A stretch of 64,000 nucleotides of DNA, taken from NCBI RefSeq assembly GCF_032191835.1, contig NC_083223.1:258354001-258418000 (forward strand). Reading direction: 5' to 3'. The position numbers and the translations under genes were made by a program. This document shows, in pieces, positions 12,659 through 24,200 of this stretch. Within the stretch, counting starts at the first letter, position 1; each line of letters opens with the position of its first letter. Under the pieces are notes generated by a model. That model was not told where the DNA came from. It worked only from the letters and a program-made list of their open reading frames with translations, and searched no databases. This DNA comes from Heteronotia binoei (lineage: Eukaryota).

Positions 12659-15445
12659 ACCACTGCCAACTCAGCTACGCAATCATGCTTGTGCTGGGAT
12701 GTGTCAAGAAACTGGTCTCTTTAAGCAGTTTCTTGTTCAGTTCAAAGAATGGCTCAGGCTGAGGCCAAAAAGTTTTGTTTTTTGAAAACTTAGGTCAAGC
12801 TCCTTGTAGCTTCACAGACTCTGATAAGGGAGATGGGAGGTAACCCAGGCACTGGATACACCAGTAGGCCTGGTAGCTTCAAGGACACATGAATCTAGGA
12901 GGGTACATCCTCTCGTTCGCACCTGAGGTAATGGGTGGGAGAAGGTGTTTGTTTAATTGGACCAAATGCAACTTTGGAGCATTTGGTCTGACATTTAGTC
13001 TGATTGGCAAACTCGACTGGCCAAACTAGTTGCTGAACAACATACCCTTATCGGTATGTTTGTTGGTCTTAAAGGTGCTACTGGACTCCAACTTTGTTCT
13101 GTTGCTTCAGACCGACAGAACTGCCCACTTGGATCTACCTTATTGGTCACGTTATATTATTCACTATACATTTGATTGGTTAACTAGGAACAGGGCTTTT
13201 TTGGTAGAAATAACCTAGCAGGAACTCATTTGCATATTAGGCCACACCCCTGATATCACCATTGCTTCACACAGGGCTTTTTTGATAGAAATAGCCAGCA
13301 GGAATTAATTTGCATATTAGGCCACACCCCGACATCAAGCCAGCCGGAACTGCATTCCGGTGCGTTCCTGTTCGAAAAGGAGGGGGGGAACCCTGGCTAG
13401 AATCAGTCACTAATAGGGTTGCCAGCCTCCAGGTGGACTTTGGCAAAAAACAAGAAACCATAGTGCACAAGTTGAGCTACCACAAAATTTAAACACCGTA
13501 TAGTTCACATATTAGCGTGATATATAACAATCTCCAAAAAGGTAGTATGCGCTTTGAACCAATACCGAAAGTCCATGAGTAACCTCAAGGCAATTTCAAT
13601 GGTGATTTCTCAGTGCTATTTTGTAGACTGGTGACTCTCAGCACTATTTTGTCGATTGGTGAAGACACACCTCCCACGTTTTATTGCAGCATGTTTCAAG
13701 AGGCTATCTCCCTTCTTCAAATCACCCTCATTGAATCTGGAATTGTAAAATAATCATTCATAATAATACTGATTCCAGAAACTAGTGCAAAACATCCATA
13801 AATCCCAAAGACACACAACATAGCACATACCCACTGCTCAAGAATTTCTGACGCACAAGTCCAAAAGTAATGCTGGCAGTCTAGGTTCCCAGCGAATGGA
13901 ACCAAAACTGCATAATTAAATGGAGCAGAGGTCCATCAGTGGCTATTAGTGACAGCATATTGTTGGAACTCTCTGTCTGGGGCAGTGATGATGCTCTGTA
14001 TTTTTGGTGCTTGTGGGGGCACAGTGGGAGGGCTTCTAGTGTCCTGGCCCCACTGATGGACCTCCTGATGGCACTTGGGTTTTTTGGACACTGTGTAACA
14101 CAGTGTTGGACTGGATGGGCCATTGGCCTGATCCAACATGGCTTCTCTTTGTGTTCTTAGCAGTGTTGAATACAAGTAGTTTATCTTTAAGATGTTTTGG
14201 AGATTGTAACATCTTGAATATTTAGGAATGTTCTATGCACCTAAGTGTGGGGAGGCGGGGTAGAGAGAGAGAGAGAACTATTGGACTCAGTTTTATGGGT
14301 GACATATGAGTTTTATTGCTGTGCTGCAAAGAATGATTAGTAGAAAGCTGCAATCATAAGACAAAAAATGTGAACTGTCAGGGGGTGCGGGGAGAATGAG
14401 TGGTGGCACAAATTTGATTGCAGGAGCCTCTTGTTGGGTACCAAAATAGAAATTGTCCTTTGCTTCTTGGTGTGGATGTCCCTCATATTCATGCTATCTT
14501 CTTATCAGATATGAACCAACGGTTACAGCTACGGCTGTTATTGCATCTATTCCTTTGCCTATGGTAGGTCCTGTCTGCACATCAGCAACAGCATCTGTGA
14601 CCTGCAAGAAAAGACAAAGAGGTTTTCATTGGGGAGGTACACTTATTTTCAGAATGGCACCATCAATTAAAGCAATGTGCCTCCCATACCTTCCCCCCAG
14701 CATCGTGGTACATTCATGCACTTCTGGGATTTCCTTGGCTTTTTTCTGATCTTTCTTTAACCTGATTTGCTCTGAAGTTCTGGGAAAGACTGTAGTAAAG
14801 TCTGGATGGCTGCAGAGGAGGGGGGGGGGGCGGGCTTCCGGTTTTCTGGCTGAAATGGCAGCCATTTGCTCAATTTGTTGATTTTACTATTCTGTCATTG
14901 AATCTTAAATTTTTTTACCATTTTGCATTCTAAATCACTCCCTACCAGGTAATTTTACTATACTGTCATTGGTTCTTAAATTTGTACCAGTTTGCATTCT
15001 GAGCCACTGTGGCTTTGCTCACTGTACCGGATTCCTCGTCTGAGGGTGTGCTTAGAGAGCACACGAAAGCTTATGTTCTGAATAAAACTAAATTGGTCTT
15101 AAAGGTGCCACTTGACTATTTTGTTCAGCCATTTTCTCTAACCCTGCTTCTGCAGTAGCAATTTCTACCACCAGCCACCAGGTGGCTTATTTCTTTAAAA
15201 AAACAGCATCTAGTCTGCCGTCTGCCTAAAAGAAGTAGCCCATTTCTGCACAAGTGCAAAACTCCACATCAGCGTTCTTAAATAATCAACATTTGTAAAA
15301 CTTCCAACACAACATTTTGCCTCCACAGGAGCAGATCCAAATTTAGTGCTCCGTTAGCCTATGCTTTCCAAATCCGCTTTTCCAGCAATTTTTCCCTTTA
15401 GAACTGAATTTGCAGTTTTCCAGTGAGTAATCTCCCATTTTGGAA

Positions 15446-15732
15446 AGAGCCCCTTGGTGCAGAGTGGTAAAGCTGCAGTACTGCAGTCCGAAGCTCTGCT
15501 CATGACATGAGTTTGATTCCAGTGGAAGCTGGGTTCGGGTAGCTGGCTCGAGGTTGACTCAGCCTTCCAGCCTTCCGAGGACGGTAAAATGAGTACCCAG
15601 CTTGCTGGGGGGACAGTGTAGATGACTGGGGAAGGCAATGGCAAACCACCCCGTTAAAAAGACTGCCGTGAAAATGTTGTGAAAGCAACGTCACCCCAGA
15701 GTCGGAAATGACTGGTGCTTGCACAGGGAACT
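15446..15732 (+). mobile_element. Sauria SINE
   Basis: tRNA-like head GAGCCCC..GCAGAGTGGTAA and body GTTGACTCAGCCTTCC...GGTGCTTGCACAGGG; other copies at 16551-16844(-), 26537-26815(+), 27634-27927(-), 49731-50025(-), 51985-52143(+, 5' part), 53113-53405(-), 57680-57977(-), 57991-58267(-), 62858-63137(-). Confidence 0.85.
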
Positions 15733-15996
15733 GTCGATGTATAAGTTAGCAGATTTGTGACTGCCTATATCTGCCACTGCCCCTCCACTCCGATGAGCAA
15801 TAGTTTAACACAGCCAACACCACACTGTGTTGTTAAACTATATACAAGGTTTTATTTTACATATATACAAACTCTCCATCATAATGCTCCGCCAATCAGT
15901 CATAGAATAGTAAGAGGGTAATATGTACAGCATAGCTTCATTAATATATTTTTGCTCCTAAGTACTGTACCAATTAGGAGGCAGTGCTGAGTCATT

Positions 15997-16282
15997 GGGC
16001 GTTTTCGCACTGACCTTAATCGGCAGCGACGTCCCTCTTCACCGCGCAGGATCTGCGCGGATTTCGCACCAATTGCTGCGGAGCACCCGGAAGAGCCGCA
16101 AAGTCCCGCGGCTTTTGCGGCGCAAATGGAAACCGCCAAAAACCAGTTTCCATTTGCGCCGCAAAAGCTGCGGGACTTTGCGGCTCTTCCGGGTGCTCCG
16201 CAGCAATTGGTGCGAAATCCGCGCAGATTCTGCGCGGTGAAGAGGGATGTCGCTGCCGATTAAGGTCAGTGCGAAAACGCCC
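15997..16282. mobile_element. Palindromic PIF/Harbinger-like MITE
   Basis: GGGCGTTTTCGCACT...AGTGCGAAAACGCCC ends, 3-bp TSD ATT, arms of about 137 bp nearly perfectly complementary. Confidence 0.85.
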
Positions 16283-18230
16283 ATTCAGTACTCCTCACCC
16301 GATTACATCATTCTACCGGCTAGAACCAGTTTTCCTCTGACAGATCTTTCTGAGTCATCTACCTGACAGTAGCTGTCAGATCAGTAGCAGTGCCTCATGC
16401 CTTACTGGCATTATTTTCTATGCCAACAGGAACTACCTTTACCTTTTACCTTTAATCTCCCATTTCCGATTTTGCTTTTCACTGCCCTTTTGTGTCATCA
16501 TTGTGTCACACATGCATCCCACCTCCTGCATGCCCTCAGGTTGTTCTCTGGAAAGGAAAGGTCCCCTGTGCAAGCACCAGTCGTTTCCGACTCTGGGGTG
16601 ACGTTGCTTTCACGTTTTCACGGCAGACTTTTTACGGGGTGATTTGCCATTGCCTTCCCCAGTCATCTACGCTTTCCCCCCAGCAAGCTGGGTACTCATT
16701 TTACCGACCTTGGAAGGATGGAAGGCTGAGTCAACCTCGAGCCAGCTACCTGAAAATCCAGCTTCCGCCGGGAATCGACATCAGGTTGTGAGCAGAGCTT
16801 AGGACTGCAGTGCTGCAGCTTTAACACTCTGCGCCACAGGACTCATTTAACTCATTGTTCTCTGAGTGACCCCCTAATTTTTAAAAGAGTAATGTTGATT
16901 GCATTAGGATGCAGGCTTTTTTTCATTATAATGCAGCAGGGGTGGGCCAAACAAAATGTAAGAGCCACATAGACTAAATGTCAGATGTTGAAGAGCTGCA
17001 AGACAAACGTCAGATGTCGGAAGGAAGGAAGAGGAGGAGGAGAGATAAGATGGTAAGGTAAGGTTAGGATAGGATGGATGGCGGTCTCGGCACCTCAGTG
17101 TTAACAGCAGCCGTGGACTTGCTCTCGATGGCCGCTCTTGAATCTGGCAGCTGGGAGACCCAATTCCAAGATCCGGGAAGGGTCTTGGAAGGCAAGCAGC
17201 TCGACAGAAGGCTCAGGAGATCGGCGGCAGTTGACTCTGAGTCACTGTTGCTGCAATGCCCCGCTGCTCTGATCGCCATTTTAAAATGGTATCAGAGGTG
17301 ACTGCTAGCTTCTTTTCTCTTCTATCCCTAATGATTTTTCAATGCATTTTTTTTCCTACTGCAATTATGGAAACTGTACTTTGCACTCTCCAGTCAGTAA
17401 TTTTGTTGCTTCTTGCAGGTGTCTGGCCCCAATTGCCCACTTATCTTCAGCCAGGTCCAGGGCCTTCTCGGTTGTTGCTCCAGCTCTTTTGGGCCAGCTT
17501 CCTGGCGAGGCCCCTGGTCTGCAAGATCTCACTGCATTGCACATGTAAGGGCCACTCCATTTCACCAGGCCTTTGGCTAATTTTTGTGCAACTACTATGG
17601 CCTGTACCTTGTAATTGTTTCTTGGATTACATTTTAACCACTACACCAAACTGGCTCTCAAATTGATACAGAGAAAGCGATACAGAAATTGACAGACAAG
17701 ATCCAAAAGGACTAGGGCATTACCTTATCGTAGAGATAGTGGGTATACATTCAAACACCCAGTTATTGTATTGCTTGGTTCTAATATCCCAGATGAACTG
17801 AGTTTGGCAGCTGCCTATTTTGTTCCTTAAATAAATATGCTGCAATGTGAGCCGTTTGGGAAGGTCAGTGTTCCCAGAAACAATAAAAGGAAACAAGACC
17901 GGGCTCTGTGATCAGGAAACTCTTGAATGCATGAACTCTTGAGATATCAACCCAACTTTGAGGTGGCTAGCACTGGCTCACGGTCGGTGAATTTCATGGC
18001 TGACGAGAAACTTGAACCTGTGCTCCTCCCCCTCCACCATCTGCCTCTTGAACCACGGTGATCAATTTCACTTTGACCACCAGCCACCTGGGATTCAGCT
18101 CTGCTCTTCTGGCCCTGTGCTTTATCTTCCCTAGATTGAATTTGTTTCGTGTCACATCTGTGGTTTATTTTATTTTGCAGGCTGGAAAGTAAAGACTGAT
18201 ATGGAAAACTGAAAGGACTAGGGGATTACC

Positions 18231-21200
18231 CAATTACATACGTTTCTGACCTGTATGACTGACAGCTTCCTTCATCAAATAGTGGGGGAAGCTATGAGGG
18301 GCTTGGTCATACTCAACTTGATATTGATCAACAGTCAAGAGGCTGTGGAGGTCAGAGGCACCACCCTGGGGATTCCAGGTGGCAGTCTGGGACTACAGAG
18401 TATTGTTTTGAGAGTGCGGAAAAGAGGGAGACAGAGAAATACCAACACATTAACTTTATCCTTGTTAATTAACACCAACTTTAAAAACAAGCCAACCCTT
18501 TATCCCCACTTGGGAAAAGTTATGTTCTATAAGTTCCCTCATGTTTACCTCTGACATCTGTGCCACCTGCTCCAAGACAAGACGTGACTTGTGGCGAGGT
18601 CTCTTGTCTTTTATCGATTATCTTCCTTCTGTTGCTCCTGGAAACAGTTTGCCTTCCCAAGCCATTCCCAGTAAAGCTTATTTTATTAAGAGGTCTGTTT
18701 GTTGAGGCGATAAAGCAGGCAACCCCCAAGCTCAGTGCTTACTGGAAAATGAAAGGAAGCAAAAAAAGAACTGTGGAATTTGCATCCCATGATTGTGCAA
18801 TGAGGTAATCGCCTAGTCCTTTCGGTTCCCTATATCCATTTCTCTTTCATGGGTCAGCCTCTAAAATAAAATCATAGCTGCACAGATGTGATAGGAGTCA
18901 AATTCCATCTTGGCAAGGCAAAGGGGAGGGCATGGTGTTTTCTCAAATTCTATTCACATTATTTAGTCTGCCTTTCTCATTGGGAAGCAGATTACACAGA
19001 AGGAGTCAATATAATCAACATAGGGTTGCCAGGTCCGACTCAGAAAATATCTGGGAACTTTGGGGGTGGAGCCAGGAACAAGGTTGTGGCAAGCATGATT
19101 GAACTCTGAAGGAAGTTCTACCCATCGCATTTAAAAAGGGCCATGTTCCTTTTAAATGCCTTCCCTCCATTTGGAAATAATGGACAATAGGAACACTATT
19201 TGGGGCTCATAGAATTAGACCCACTAATCCAATCTTTTTGAAACTTGGGAGGGGGGGTTGAGGAGAGGCACCAGATGTTATCTGAAAATTTGGTGCCTCT
19301 GCCTCAAAACACAGGCCCCCAGAGCCCCAGGTTCCCATGGATTGATTTTTCATTATACCCTATAGGATATAATGGAGAGCCCAGCAGATATTCAACACCC
19401 CTCACTTTCTGATAACCCTGAAAGGGGGAAGAGCTTCCAAACTGTGGGATCTCCTGCTCTCAGCTGGGGATTATGACAAAAAAAGACTAAGCCTTCATGT
19501 ATAATAGTCTAAACACAATAATCTATTCCAATTTACAGTTCTTCAACACTCTTTATATTAAATTTCAATACACATTTGTTAAAAGCCCATACAGATTTCT
19601 TCAGAAATACACAGAACAAACACAGTGAGAAACAGACAATGCAACCAAACGATCCAACAGGTAAAATATTAAAATATGGGCTAGTCACCCTTCTCTTATT
19701 TTTCCACTAAGACAGTAGTCCAGCTTGATTCTAAGCTTAGAACCTTTTGGGAAGATTACGGGGTTGAAAGTTTCTGATTAATGAGATGTTTCCATGTGAA
19801 TATGAAGCTTAGATGAAACATACAGCAAAAATGAGTTCCTAATATTCTGGAGGTGCGCTTTTGAACACATGAATACATGAAGCTGCCTTATACTGAATCA
19901 GAAGGCAGTGATTTCCCCCCTTTCTCTTCCCCATGACAGCCTCCTAACTTGCCTGGCCATGATTCTCTGTAGCTCCTACCCTCCATTCCGCCCTCCCCCT
20001 ATTCACACCAGCCAATGTGCTTTCACCATCCCTGGGAGAAGAGGAAGAGGGAGCAGCATTCCCATAGGTAGCCCCCCTTCAACCCATCTTATTGATTCCT
20101 ACCCTGTAAATCTTGTCTACACTCTCTCCTTTAATTTTCATTGTGCCACCCCCCAGCCCTTTATATTTTGGGCTTATATGGTACAGGGTTTTTCTTTGTT
20201 ATTGACTCTATGTACACAAAGAGATTTCTCCTAGGTGGGCAAGAGATCTAGGGTCAGCCCCACCCCCCTCCTTGAATGGATGCATTTTTAAAAAATCTAT
20301 CTATAAATGGGTCTATTTTTATCACCTTGTTTACAGGATCAGGAACTCCCACTTTCTTTCTTCCACAGTAGTGTGATAGAAATCTCTTTTTTTCCTCTCC
20401 CCTCTGCTTTTGCGGTATCTTTTTCTTTGGCTGAAATTGGGGGCCTTGGGATTTAGGAGAGTTGCATGTGGTAGAGGTTACATTAGTCTGTTAGTTCATT
20501 TTTGTTATTTTGTTACAGAGACAGCTTGAAGGAGATGCGCTGAAAATTTTATAGATATATATATATATTCTAAAGGGGAGAGACCCACGATGGCTGGAGG
20601 TGGCTGTGAGGAGCATGTATTTTTTGAGCTGATGATGAACTGTGTCCAGAGGAGGGCAACAAAGATGCTGAGGTGTCCGGAAACCAAGTCCTATGAGGAA
20701 GGGTTGAAGGAGCTGGGTATGTTTAATCTGGAGAGGAAATGACTGAGAGGTGATATGATCACCATCTTCAAGTACCTGAAGGGCTATCATACAGAAGATG
20801 GTGCAGAATTGTTTTCTGTTGACCCACAAGGTTGGACCAGAACCAATGGGATGAAATTAAATCAAAAAAGTTTCCAACTCAGCAGTAGGAAGAACTTCCT
20901 GACTGTTAGAGTGGTTCCTCAGTGGAACAGGCTTTCTCAGGAGGTGGTGGGTTCTCCTTCCTTGGAGGCTTTTAAGCAGAGGCTAGATGGCCATCTGACA
21001 GCAATGCTGATTCTGTGAAATAGGCAGATTATGAGGAAGAAAGGCGGGAAGGGTTGTATCTGTGCTTAGTTCTTGTGGCCCTTTCTTACATGTCTGGCTA
21101 AATGCTAATTGCCACTTTGGGGTCAGTGAATAATTTTTCTCTAGGCCAGTTTGGCACTTTGGCTGATTTGCAGCCTCAATCAAATAACACAATTTCAAAG

Positions 21201-24200
21201 GAGACTTACAAAAAATATAAAGAATCATCATAAACTCTCATAAACAGCACCCTTGTAATGTGGAACAATTAATACAAAAGGATCTTAATGTAAATTTTAA
21301 AAAACCAAATTAATGTAAGTCTTCATTGCACAGAGGTCCAAAGAGTCCGTTCATTCCCATAAAAATCTCTGTGGTTTCAAATGACTCCAATTGTGGAATT
21401 CCAGTACTCCACATTAATAGTACTCCATGTTCTATTAACAGCATTGCTCAGTAGCTCAACAGCAGGCAGTACTTTTTAATCCCTCATTTCACTTTTGCTT
21501 TATCCAAAAGACACTATGTTTGGAATAATCCAGATAGACTCCTTTCTGGTCAGGCTCCCATTTGACTGCTTTGGATATTGAAGAAACCATCATTGCTTCT
21601 AAAACCAGTTATTTCTTCCCCTACCCCTGAATTTCAGGTTAATGTTGTCTGAAGACACTAGAACTGAAGACTTGTTTCCTCAGCTGACCATCCTCTTACC
21701 ACCAGTAGCCATTCTTTAGTTCGCCCTTCTAAGAGCAATGCTACTGAGCAATGCTGCCAAGCTGTTAATACAATGTGGAGTACTACACAATTGGAGTAAC
21801 TTGGAACCGAAAAGATTTTTATGGGAATGAACTGACTCTTTGGACCTCTGTGCGATGAAGACTTACATTAATTTGTGTTTGATTTATTTACACTAAGGTC
21901 CTTTTGTTTGAATTGTTCCGTATGATATGGGTGTTGTTTATGAGAGCATATGATTATACTTTATATTTTTGTAAATCTCATTTGAAAGTGTGTTATTTGA
22001 TTGAGGCTGGTAATCACAGAAACCCTTGGGTTCTTCTCCAGTCACTTACTAATGTGATTCTCTGTTGTAGTTGCTTAGCCTCCAGGTGAGGCTTGGAGAT
22101 CTCCTGCTTTTACAACTGATCTCCAGCTGGCAGAGGTCAGCTCCCTGGAGAAAAAGGCTGCTTGCAAGCGTAGACTGGATGGCATTGTACCATACTGAGG
22201 CCACACCCCTCCCCAAACCCTGCCCTCTTCTGGCTTCACCCCCAAAGTCTCCAGGTATTTTCCAACACAGACCTGGCAACCCTAATAATTGCCCCCAGAG
22301 CTGGCATTGAAATGTTCTGCAGGTCCATTGGTCTCTTAGTAGTAAACTGCAGAGATGACATGCTTGACCTCCCTCTCAATGGTCCCAAAGAATGTGGTCC
22401 CTAAGGCTGTGAGGACCTCCTTCAGCATCCCTAGCCTGACAAATACGGGAACGAGGGAGTCTGCCAGAGTTTGCATCAATCCTGTACAAAGGCTGGGCTT
22501 CAGGAAAACAAGTTGCCTGACCCACCAAAACCAGAATGAAACAGTCCACCCACAGTGGACCCACAGTGTCTATGCCCACCAGGGTTGCCAATCCCCAGGT
22601 GGGGGCAGAGGATCCCCCGGTTTGGAGGCCCTCCCCCTGCTTCAGGTTCGTCAGAAAGCGGGGGGAGGGGAGGGAAATGTCTGCTGGGAACTCTGTTATT
22701 CCCTATGGTGATTTATTCCCATAGAAAATCATGGAGAATTGATCCGCTGGTATCTGGGGCTCTGGGGGGCTGTTGTTTTGGGTAAAGGCACCAAATTTTC
22801 AGTATAGCATCTAGTGCCTCTCTCCAAAATACCCCCCAGGTTTCAAAACTATTGGACCAGGGGGGCCAATTCTATAAGCCCCAAAAGAAGGTGCCCCTAT
22901 CCTTCATTATTTCCTATGAAAGGAATTGAAAAGGTGGGCCGTCCCTTTAAATGTGATGGCCAGAACTCCCTTTGGAGTTTAATTATGCTTGTCACAGCCT
23001 TGATCTTGGCTCTACCCCTAATGTCTCCTGGCTCCACCCCCAAAGTCCCCAGATATTTCTTGAATGGGACTTGGCAACCCTAATGCCCACCCATTCTCAT
23101 GGTGCTCCTATGCTAGGCAGGTTTTGTGGTGGGACTTTCACCCCGTCCTGGGGCTTCCCTACCTTCTGGCAAACCAAGCAGGAGCGGCAGAAATGCTTCG
23201 TGTATTTCCCCTTCTATGCCAGCTGGGCCTTGGTCTTGCGTATTCCTAAATGACCGCCCAGAACTGCTCTGTATGCTAAACTGAAAAGTTTCTCTCAGTG
23301 TGTTTTTGGCATGGGAAGTGGAGGCTACAGTTGCTGCTCCTCTGGCTGCTTCCTGGAAATAATGTCTGTATACAGCTGTTTATTCCTGATCACAAACTAG
23401 GCTGGATTCTGTTTGGAAACGAGGGCTTCATCCCTAGTCTCATTTAAACTAGGGAGGGGGCAGGAAGAGTTTGCTGACCGTCAAGTTCCCTTGGGATCAC
23501 CCCTCCCTGCAGTTCCTCAGCTCTGTTCAAAACACCGTCTTCCCTTCCAGGAGAGGACACCTAGGGTTGCCAGCCTCCAGGTGGGGCCTGGAGATCTCTC
23601 GCTTTTACAGCTGATTTCCAGCTGGCAGAGATCAGCTCCCCTGGAGAAAATGGCTGCTTTGGAGGGCGAACTCTATGGCATTGTACCATGCTGAGGCCCC
23701 TCTCCTCCCCAAACCCCACCATCTCCCAGCTCCCCCCTGCCCCAAAGTCTCCAGGTATTTTCCAATACAGACCTAGCAACCCTGACCACTGCCAACTCAG
23801 CTACGCAATCATGCTTGTGCTGGGATGTGTCAAGAAACTGGTCTCTTTAAGCAGTTTCTTGTTCAGTTCAAAGAATGGCTCAGGCTGAGGCCAAAAAGTT
23901 TTGTTTTTTGAAAACTTAGGTCAAGCTCCTTGTAGCTTCACAGACTCTGATAAGGGAGATGGGAGGTAACCCAGGCACTGGACACACCAGTAGGCCTGGT
24001 AGCTTCAAGGACACATGAATCTAGGAGGGTACATCCTCTCGTTCGCACCTGAGGTAATGGGTGGGAGAAGGTGTTTGTTTAATTGGACCAAATGCAACTT
24101 TGGAGCATTTGGTCTGACATTTAGTCTGATTGGCAAACTCGACTGGCCAAACTAGTTGCTGAACAACATACCCTTATCGGTATGTTTGTTGGTCTTAAAG

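Larger units (their letters stand above)
5348..18230 (+). repeat. Tandem segmental duplication, copy 1 (12.9 kb)
   Basis: Collinear with 18231-29330; many ORF-track translations recur verbatim at an offset of about 11.1 kb. Confidence 0.95.

Noticed and set aside
14494-14601. MCL1-like tail anchor (AITAVAVTVGSYLIRR*)
   Set aside because: That frame is closed by TGA in the preceding exon, leaving only a 43-aa ORF; no BH motifs nearby.
17287-17297. tRNA-iMet primer-binding site TGGTATCAGAG
   Set aside because: No adjacent upstream LTR ending in CA and no gag sequence downstream.
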